Origin: an uncultured Bdellovibrionales bacterium
GTDB lineage: Bacteria > Patescibacteriota > Minisyncoccia > Moranbacterales > UBA1568
NCBI GenBank assembly: GCA_964436855.1
Contig: CAYTED010000004.1
Location: forward strand, 3,627 to 67,626
DNA length: 64,000 nucleotides
Direction of reading: 5' to 3'
Every line of letters starts with the position of its first letter. The stretch's first letter is position 1. The position numbers and the translations under genes were made by a program. The notes under the pieces are model-generated. The model did not search any database. It was given only the letters and a program-made list of their open reading frames with translations, and was not told the origin of the DNA. Positions 43,491 to 50,726 of the stretch are shown here, piece by piece.

Positions 43491-44204
43491 CTACACCGCG
43501 ATCCCGAAAAAAACCCCAAGCATCCGCGTAATGAAAAAACTTATCGGCGCCGAAACAAATACGATAATAAAAATCAGAAGAAAGAACCCGTATTGTTCAA
43601 GGAGCGCCTGTGTCTCTTCGCGAATCTGAAAAAGAGTAAAGACGATTTTCGATCCATCAAGCGGCGGCACGGGAATGAGATTAAAACACCCGAGAATCAC
43701 GTTCCAAGAAATAATCATAAGAAACAACGCAAACAAAATCCCGAATGCCGATCCGGAGACATCGTTTGCCAGAGCTTCCCAGCCGCGCCCCTGAAAAGCG
43801 GCGAGTTGGAAACTGCTCAAAATTTCCATTTTCTCGATCGGCCGAAGTGGCAACAAAAACGCGAGAAACGACGCGGACAATGCGAGAAAAAAATTCGACG
43901 CCGGTCCGGCAAGCGCCACATAGAGTGGTCCGTTTTTCTGATCGCGAAGATTGTACGGATTATACGGAACCGGTTTTGCCCAACCGAACAAAAAAGGCAC
44001 TTTTGCAAGAAACAGCATCCCCGGCAAAATAACCGATCCGAACCAATCGATATGATTCATCGGATTCAGGTTGAGTCGTCCCGCGTATTTTGCCGTCTTG
44101 TCTCCAAGCCACAAAGCCACGACCCCGTGAGAAATCTCGTGAATAATGATCGAGTAGATCAGGGTGATGAGATAGAAAACGATAAGAACGATTTCATTGG
44201 ACAT
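43491..44204 (-). CDS. site-2 protease (peptidase M50)
   Basis: HEISH, ALAGP, FNLIPVPPLDG. Confidence 0.93.
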   Translation of the reverse strand: MSNEIVLIVFYLITLIYSIIIHEISHGVVALWLGDKTAKYAGRLNLNPMNHIDWFGSVILPGMLFLAKVPFLFGWAKPVPYNPYNLRDQKNGPLYVALAGPASNFFLALSASFLAFLLPLRPIEKMEILSSFQLAAFQGRGWEALANDVSGSAFGILFALFLMIISWNVILGCFNLIPVPPLDGSKIVFTLFQIREETQALLEQYGFFLLIFIIVFVSAPISFFITRMLGVFFGIAV

Positions 44205-44377
44205 ACCGAAAAATAAGATAAAAGATAATGGATATTGGTGAGGACCTTCGCGTTTGAGTTCAATTCAAGCCGCAGAGACTCCGCAGCAAAAAAGTCCACC
44301 AAACACGAGAATCCTACGGTATTGCAAGAAAAGCGTTTCTATGGTACCTTTTTTCAAGTAATAACTCAAGACCGATT

Positions 44378-44557
44378 ATGAGCCGAACTTGCCAAATGAC
44401 CGGACGCGGCACGAAAACCGGAAACGCCCGCAGTCACTCGAATATCGCCACCAGACGAACCTTTAAGGTAAACGTCCAGACGAAACGAGTAAACGGGGTG
44501 AAAATGAAGCTCTCCACCAAGGCGATCCGCACACTTGCGAAACAAGCCGCGAAATAA
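44378..44557 (+). CDS. rpmB: 50S ribosomal protein L28 (absent from ORF track)
   Basis: hand translation MSRTCQMTGRGTKTGNARSHSNIATRRTFKVNVQ... Confidence 0.93.
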   Translation: MSRTCQMTGRGTKTGNARSHSNIATRRTFKVNVQTKRVNGVKMKLSTKAIRTLAKQAAK

Positions 44558-44678
44558 TCAAACACCCCGCGCGTCGGGGTTTTGTTTTTCAAACACAGCT
44601 CCCTTTCTTCCTCCTCCCCTTTCCGAGGGGAGGATATGAGGAGGGGTTCGATTCGTAACTTCACGATACCTAATATCT

Positions 44679-45077
44679 ATGCTCCAAGAATTCAGACAAT
44701 TCGCGCTCCGCGGCAATGTCATCGATCTCGCAGTCGGTGTCGTTATCGGCGGCGCCTTCGGCAAAATCGTTACCTCGCTCGTCAACGATATCATTACCCC
44801 AATCATCGGTATCCTTCTCCGGGGGATCGATGTCTCGACACTGGCTTTTATCGTCGGAAACGCAAAAATAAACTACGGGTCGTTTCTGCAATCCATTATC
44901 GACTTTCTTATCATCGCGCTCGCGATTTTCGTCGCGATCAAACAAATCACCAAAGTTCGAAAAAAACTCGGTCTCGAAAGCGAGCCGACGCCGGAAACCA
45001 CCAAGGAATGTTCGTATTGTCTCTCCAAAATCGACAAACGCGCCTCCCGCTGCCCGCAGTGTACCTCTTCGCTCTAA
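44679..45077 (+). CDS. mscL: large-conductance mechanosensitive channel with C-terminal zinc ribbon
   Basis: EFRQFALRGNVIDLAVGVVIG; CxxC..CxxC tail. Confidence 0.95.
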   Translation: MLQEFRQFALRGNVIDLAVGVVIGGAFGKIVTSLVNDIITPIIGILLRGIDVSTLAFIVGNAKINYGSFLQSIIDFLIIALAIFVAIKQITKVRKKLGLESEPTPETTKECSYCLSKIDKRASRCPQCTSSL

Positions 45078-45214
45078 AAAAAGAATCAACAAAAAAACCG
45101 GCGATAAAGCCGGTTTTTTTATTACACCATCCCTCCTGCTCCCCTTTCTAAGGGGAGCTGCCGAGTCTTCAGGGTTGAGGGGTGTGTTGAATTGGTGAAT
45201 GAGATTTGATATTA

Positions 45215-45460
45215 CTACGAATGATACGAAACGATATATTTTCCGCTCGTACTCTCATACGTCAGCACGAAGCGATGCTTGTATCCGTCCTGAAACGGAG
45301 CCGTTCCCTTATTCTTCGCGTAATAAAGAAATACATCCATTTCATCCTCATACAAAGCGCTCAAATAATCCGTAGCGTCCGACAATCTGGAAACTTCTTC
45401 GTCATACCACACGCTCCCTCCGGACACGGAAACTTCTTTCAAAGTTTTTTCTTCCGACAT
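45215..45460 (-). CDS. hypothetical protein (81 aa)
   Basis: ORF MSEEKTLKEV... with protein-like composition. Confidence 0.6.
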   Translation of the reverse strand: MSEEKTLKEVSVSGGSVWYDEEVSRLSDATDYLSALYEDEMDVFLYYAKNKGTAPFQDGYKHRFVLTYESTSGKYIVSYHS

Positions 45461-45485
45461 AGTTTTGTTTCTTAAAAAAATTATC

Positions 45486-45562
45486 TGTCGGGGTATCGGG
45501 AATCCCTGCCCGCCATACTTTCGCCTCTTCGGCGGATGTAGGCGGGGAACCGGAACGACAAC
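45486..45562 (-). pseudogene. duplicated 3' half of tRNA-Pro interrupted by a 42-nt mini-element
   Basis: removing 45505-45546 restores GGTTC|GATTCCCGATACCCCGACA. Confidence 0.7.
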
Positions 45563-45578
45563 TTTCATCCTAAAAATG

Positions 45579-45649
45579 TCGGGGTAAGCGGAATTGAACC
45601 GCTGCTACAACCACCCCATGGTCGCGTACTACCACTATACTATACCCCG
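45579..45649 (-). tRNA. tRNA-Pro(GGG)
   Basis: CGGGGTA acceptor; CGACC-ATGGGGT-GGTTG; GGTTCAATTCC. Confidence 0.94.
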
Positions 45650-45758
45650 ATAAGAAAAACACAAAACTCAAACCACAAAAGCCAAACAAAAGCCAAATAA
45701 GTCGTCTCGAGTAATTCCTAACCATCCCTATTCCAAGCCGTCATAAGACTCTTCATTC

Positions 45759-45835
45759 TGTCATCCCGGGCTTGATACGGGATCCAGAAAAAATCAGTTT
45801 GTGGAGCCTGGATCCCCGCCTTCGCGGGGATGACA
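45759..45835. repeat. inverted REP doublet (TGTCA..CCCG-N-CGGGATCCAG type)
   Basis: two head-to-head units; second doublet at 49824-49922. Confidence 0.8.
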
Positions 45836-46355
45836 GAGGACTAACCCAATACCAGTTCAAAACGATTTTTACTCTATCATTCTTTCTAAAAAAAGTGCAA
45901 GGGAGGTCTTATTCAAGACGCTCCCTTCTTCGGACGGCGCGTTGCGCCGCCGGATGTGTCACAAAGGACGCATGGCCAGACAATGCCGATATGTGAACAT
46001 TATCCGCCGCGCCCACTGGTGCAACGCGATATCGGCACGCAGCTTGCGCACGCATCGTGCGAGTTGCCGACGTAAGAATCGCTACCGCTGTTCCACCTTT
46101 TCAAACCCGACCTCCTCGTGGAATACCTTCGTCCCGCGGGAAACGGCGATCATTATCTTCTCGATGAGACCCCACACGCGATTTTTCACCGTGCGGTCAT
46201 AGACAACATCCCTACCAGACATGCTTGCCTCCTTGGTTCAATTCTATATTACCCCTGAAAACATCGTTTCAAGGCCGCCATACCGCCCGATTATTCCCGA
46301 GCGAGGAAGAATATTCATCAACAAATACTCTTCCCCACCCGGAAACTTTCTTTAG

Positions 46356-46482
46356 AGGACTTGCGCGTTTGAGTGAAATTCAAGGCGCGGAGAAAGTGGC
46401 GATCGAGGCGTACTACAGAGAGTTACGGTAAGGGCGACACAGAGGCTCCGCAACGAAGAAGTTTGCCAAACGCGGAAGTCCT
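46356..46482. repeat. MITE-like palindrome (family of 37327-37484)
   Basis: TIR AGGACTT.CGCGTTT/AAACGCG.AAGTCCT; core AGGCGC..GTACT..GCAACGAAGAA. Confidence 0.7.
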
Positions 46483-46492
46483 AATTTTGTAA

Positions 46493-46671
46493 AAGTACAA
46501 AACCCGGCGCTACGGGCCGGGTTGAGGTTCGTTCTGGAAAAAATTGTCTTTTTCTTTTTCCGCGACCCGGCACTCAAAAAATCCGTCCCTCCATAAGGAG
46601 GACAAACTTCTTGAGAAACAGGTTGCGCTGCATTTTTTGCATAAATGTTATAAGAACCGTTTTTCTTATAA
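46493..46671 (-). ncRNA. candidate ~180-nt structured small RNA
   Basis: TTGACA-N17-TAGAAT promoter (46678-46706); long hairpin 46561-46628; terminator-like hairpin 46501-46523. Confidence 0.45.
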
Positions 46672-46774
46672 TCGTCAATTCTACCAGAGAACATTTCTCA
46701 TGTCAACAGCGTCTAAGAAAAAGCAAAATCTGTCTTTCGACGGATCAGCTCTTCTTTTGAGTTATACAAAAAAA

Positions 46775-47380
46775 CTACTCCAGAATCCCGTCCAAGTTTA
46801 CATCGTAAAGAATCTGCTCGGATACGAGACGGTATTTGATGATCTCTTTTTCATCAAACCAGATTTTTATCTCACGCTCGGCTTCTTCGGGTGAATCGGA
46901 GCAGTGAATAAGATTTCGCACCGCGCGATTGTCAAGCGACGAGAGCGCATACGAATCGACCGTCAGGTCTCCGCGAATCGTTCCCACATCGGAGGTCGTC
47001 GGCTCGGTACCGCCCACAAGTTTTTTCACGATCGCAACCGACTGATTCCCCTCAATCACCATTGCCAAAACCGGTCCCGATGTAAAAAAATCAACATTCG
47101 ACTGAATAATATCCTTTCCGTATTCGATTGCTTCTTTTTCGATCGGCATTCCGTGCGCTTTGCGATCCTCCACGATGCGAGTTCCTTTTTTGAGAAACCA
47201 TTCTTCATCTTTGTTGTAGTGCGTCCAGCACTGCTCCGCTTCGGGAAGAAGAAATTTGACCGCAGCAAATTTGAGTCCCGTCCGCTCGATCCGGCGGAGA
47301 ATTTCGCCCATAAGCCCCCGCTGCACGCCGTCCGGCTTGACGATAACGAGTGATCGTTCTTTCTTCGGATGATGCTCCAT
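46775..47380 (-). CDS. ndk: nucleoside diphosphate kinase (long form)
   Basis: KPDGVQRGL, GTIRGD, RNLIHCSDS. Confidence 0.94.
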   Translation of the reverse strand: MEHHPKKERSLVIVKPDGVQRGLMGEILRRIERTGLKFAAVKFLLPEAEQCWTHYNKDEEWFLKKGTRIVEDRKAHGMPIEKEAIEYGKDIIQSNVDFFTSGPVLAMVIEGNQSVAIVKKLVGGTEPTTSDVGTIRGDLTVDSYALSSLDNRAVRNLIHCSDSPEEAEREIKIWFDEKEIIKYRLVSEQILYDVNLDGILE

Positions 47381-47460
47381 AAAAATCTTCACCTTAAAAA
47401 ATCATTCATTATTTGAAAGGATACCACAAAATTCAACAGAAAGCAAGCGCTCACCAAAAC

Positions 47461-48306
47461 CTATCTCCTTTCACACGTTTGTTTGCGACACACATACGCA
47501 ATGTCTCCCAAAAGATCCGTCCGAAAAATACTCGCTCCGATTTTTTGCAAACGATCAAGCGTTTCCGACGTCGGATGTCCGTACGAATTTTTCCCAACCA
47601 ACACGATCGCTTCTTTCGGTTTCACGGAATTGAGAAAAGATTCGCTGGTCGAATACTTCGATCCGTGGTGCGCGACTTTCAATATATCCGCCTGCGGAAT
47701 CTCCGAAAGAAAATGTTCTTCATTCGGGAGGTCTCCAGTGAACAACACTCGTGTCTCGCCAAAAGAAAAAAGCAAAACAATACTTCCTTCGTTCGAAGCG
47801 TCCTTTCCTGCCGACACGAATTCCGGCGTCGGATGCAAAACATCGAATACTCCTTTCCCATCGGGAAGCGAAATCCGACTTCCGGATCGCAGGGCGTGCC
47901 GATCGACACCCGCCCGTTCAACCGCCGAGAAAAATTCTTTTTCCGTTTCAGTTCCGTCTTCGATCCCGTTTGTCAACACGCTCCTTACCCGATAGAGCCG
48001 GAGAAGTTTTGCAAAACCGCCGATATGATCCCGATCCGAGTGCGTCGCAAGAACCATTTCAATCGTCCGATCCCAAAACGGAAGGTGCCGTCCCAAATGC
48101 GAGAGGAGCCGATCGGGGTCCGCGCCGCTATCAATCAGCAACTCCGTCAAACCGGACCGAACGAGTATCGCATCTCCCTCGCCGATATCAAGAAAAATCA
48201 CTTCCACGGCATCGTCGCGATACGAGACAACAAGAAACACGCCGAGCATTACCGCGAAGGAAAACAGAAATAAAACGATGAAAAAAAGAATTTTGGTTCG
48301 CATCAT
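47461..48306 (-). CDS. ComEC-type metallo-beta-lactamase domain protein
   Basis: LDIGEGDAI, THSDRDHIGG, FTGD, KVAHHGS, RTD..G. Confidence 0.9.
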   Translation of the reverse strand: MMRTKILFFIVLFLFSFAVMLGVFLVVSYRDDAVEVIFLDIGEGDAILVRSGLTELLIDSGADPDRLLSHLGRHLPFWDRTIEMVLATHSDRDHIGGFAKLLRLYRVRSVLTNGIEDGTETEKEFFSAVERAGVDRHALRSGSRISLPDGKGVFDVLHPTPEFVSAGKDASNEGSIVLLFSFGETRVLFTGDLPNEEHFLSEIPQADILKVAHHGSKYSTSESFLNSVKPKEAIVLVGKNSYGHPTSETLDRLQKIGASIFRTDLLGDIAYVCRKQTCERR

Positions 48307-49784
48307 ACCGATTCATCATATCGCCTTCGTCGCAACAAGGCGAAAAAAACCGCGCAAGCAATCGCGTACCACCCCACAGCAAAGAAGAGGGGTGAAATAT
48401 TGTTGAATGATACCAACGCGAACGAAACATCAGAAAACATTCTCGCCGTTTCGGAAAAGAAAAAAAGAAGAAACGATGCGACCAGTGAAAACGGATCCGA
48501 CGAGAAAGAAAATATCATTCCGACAACACCGGAAAGAAACGAAAAAAGCATAATCGGCGAAACAAGTGGAAGAAGAATGGTGTTCACGGCAATCGACACA
48601 AGCGACACCTGCCCAAAAGAAACAAAAAGCACCGGCACGAGAAGCGCTTCAATCACCAGAGTCACAAATGCCGTCTCGAGAAACAATTTTGGGAGCCATG
48701 ATTTTGGAAACGGGATCCGCGTTTGAATTTCAAGCGAGAGGAGAATCGCCGCCGTCGCGAGAAACGAAAGCTCAAATCCGACATCGTATCGAATAACAAG
48801 CGGATTCATAAAAAGCATTGCCGCCAATGCAAAAAGAAGAAACCGCCACCCAACCCCCGGTCGCCCGATAATCGAACCGATAAAAAACGCGCACCCCATA
48901 ATACCCGCGCGCACCGCGGATGCCGGCGCACCAACCAAAAGCACATAAAGAACAATGCTCGCAATCGCTATCGCGGCGGCGGATCTCCTGTACCACCCGA
49001 GTCCGATTGCAAGCAAAAAGAACGCGCTCCCGACAAGCACGATATTGAATCCCGATACCGCCGTCACATGCGAAAGCCCGACGCGAACAAACACCTGCCG
49101 TTCATCGCTTGGCATAGCGTCATCCGACCCAAGAAGCATCCCCGCGGCAAGCGGCGCGTACTGCGGGACAATCGTCCGGTCAAGCGCTTCGAGAAACCGG
49201 TGTTTCCACCGGAAAAGACCCGTTTGAAACGACTCGCCTGATCGAGAAATCCGATCAAACCGATCAGGCCGACACGTGTACCCGATTCCGCGCGCAAGAA
49301 GTATCATCCGCCAAGGGAGCGTTCTTCCACTCATCTCAATCACTTCTTTCGGTTTTTCAAGAACACACGAAAGAAAAAACGACTCGCCCGGAAGCGCCTC
49401 GAATGTTTTCGGAAGTTCAAGACGGATTTTCTCCTTCGGACACGTGTTTGCGCAGTTATCAAATCGAAATTCCGCCTCCGAAGAGAATCCCTTCTCTTTC
49501 ACATCGCTAATTATTTGTCCGCGCCCGGAGACGGTTTCGGAAAACTCCGGAAGCTCTTCTCCATACGAACGTTTTTGCTCCGCAAACGACACGCCACCCG
49601 CAGCAACAAGAAAAAAAAGTGAAACGAGAACGGCGCCCTTCTCCCGAAAAAAAACGGAAAAGAGAGCGATCCCGAACAAAAGACACGCAAAAAGCATTTC
49701 CGGAAAAAACACCGGAAAAAATATCTCCAATCCGACACCGAACGAAAACCCGAGAAGCAACACCGAAAAAATATCGAATCGCAT
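48303..49784 (-). CDS. comEC: ComEC/Rec2 competence channel
   Basis: GLSHVTAVSGFN, SAVRAGIM, GFELSFLAT. Confidence 0.93.
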   Translation of the reverse strand: MRFDIFSVLLLGFSFGVGLEIFFPVFFPEMLFACLLFGIALFSVFFREKGAVLVSLFFLVAAGGVSFAEQKRSYGEELPEFSETVSGRGQIISDVKEKGFSSEAEFRFDNCANTCPKEKIRLELPKTFEALPGESFFLSCVLEKPKEVIEMSGRTLPWRMILLARGIGYTCRPDRFDRISRSGESFQTGLFRWKHRFLEALDRTIVPQYAPLAAGMLLGSDDAMPSDERQVFVRVGLSHVTAVSGFNIVLVGSAFFLLAIGLGWYRRSAAAIAIASIVLYVLLVGAPASAVRAGIMGCAFFIGSIIGRPGVGWRFLLFALAAMLFMNPLVIRYDVGFELSFLATAAILLSLEIQTRIPFPKSWLPKLFLETAFVTLVIEALLVPVLFVSFGQVSLVSIAVNTILLPLVSPIMLFSFLSGVVGMIFSFSSDPFSLVASFLLFFFSETARMFSDVSFALVSFNNISPLFFAVGWYAIACAVFFALLRRRRYDESV

Positions 49785-49823
49785 GCGAGCTTAAAACAAG
49801 CAATAAGAAAATTATTTCCTCTT

Positions 49824-49922
49824 TGTCACCCCCGCGAAGGCGGGGGTCCAGATTCCACGATCGTTGATTTTTCTTTGAACAAGGAAAGTGATTTCTGGGT
49901 TCCCGCTTTCGCGGGAATGACA
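49824..49922. repeat. inverted REP doublet
   Basis: TGTCACCCCCGCGAAGGCGGGGGTCCAG ... CTGGGTTCCCGCTTTCGCGGGAATGACA. Confidence 0.8.
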
Positions 49923-49943
49923 GAAATGTATCCGATACCACCT

Positions 49944-50402
49944 TTATTCCTCTTTCCCCGGAAGTTTCTCAAGCGCCTTCAAAAAGCTCTTTGCGCTTCC
50001 GAAAGATTTGTACACGCTCGCAAACCGAATATACGCCACTTCATCAACAGAAAGAAGCTTCTCAATCACAAGGTTTCCAATATCGCGACTCGGAATTTCC
50101 GCAAGACGTTTCTCATGAAGATCATACTCGACTTCGCCGATAATTTTCTCGATTTTTTCCACCGCGTTCGGACGCTTCTCAAAAGCCCGATCAAGCCCGT
50201 GTTCGATTTTTTTCCGATCGTATTCTTCTTTCCGACCGTCTTTTTTCACCACCATCACGCGGAACATTTCCACCTCTTCGTACGTGCTGAAACGCGCGGC
50301 GCATTTTTCGCACTCGCGACGACGCCGCGTTACACGCCCTTCCTGGGTATCGCGCGAGTCAATAACTTTCGTTTCCGGGTGATTGCAAAAGGGGCAAAAC
50401 AT
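49944..50402 (-). CDS. nrdR: transcriptional repressor NrdR
   Basis: CPFC..VIDSR..RRRREC; ATP cone; AYIRFASVY. Confidence 0.96.
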   Translation of the reverse strand: MFCPFCNHPETKVIDSRDTQEGRVTRRRRECEKCAARFSTYEEVEMFRVMVVKKDGRKEEYDRKKIEHGLDRAFEKRPNAVEKIEKIIGEVEYDLHEKRLAEIPSRDIGNLVIEKLLSVDEVAYIRFASVYKSFGSAKSFLKALEKLPGKEE

Positions 50403-50428
50403 AGAGGGAAGATAAGAGATATTTGATA

Positions 50429-50586
50429 GAGCGTATCTCAAAAATAGCTTTCGGACGATTTTTCTCTCATTTCGAGCGAAACGCTTGAAGAACGAGGAGG
50501 GATAATAGCATTATTCCGACGAGTTCTGAAAGTGTTGCAGCCGAAATTCAGGAAATGCAGTCGAAGATTATTTTTGAGATAGGCTC
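50429..50586 (+). mobile_element. ~160-bp MITE-like element, copy 2
   Basis: TIR GAGCGTATCTCAAAAATA/TATTTTTGAGATAGGCTC flanked by TA on both sides. Confidence 0.8.
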
Positions 50587-50726
50587 TAGTAGATAATAAA
50601 TCAAAAAATACGAAAGACTCTCTTTCAAGCATATTCCTTTTCTCGAATATTTCCAAGAAAAAATAAAAAAGAAGGCCCCTTCAAGCCTTCTTTTTGATTG
50701 ATTTTCCCTTTTTCTCTCACCTCTTT

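Noticed and set aside
44996-45077. Zinc-ribbon tail on MscL as a novelty
   Set aside because: CxxC..CxxC-tailed MscL variants are common in many bacteria.
47461-49784. Split comEC as a pseudogene
   Set aside because: Both ORFs are intact with overlapping stop/start; separate channel and beta-lactamase-fold genes are a common arrangement.
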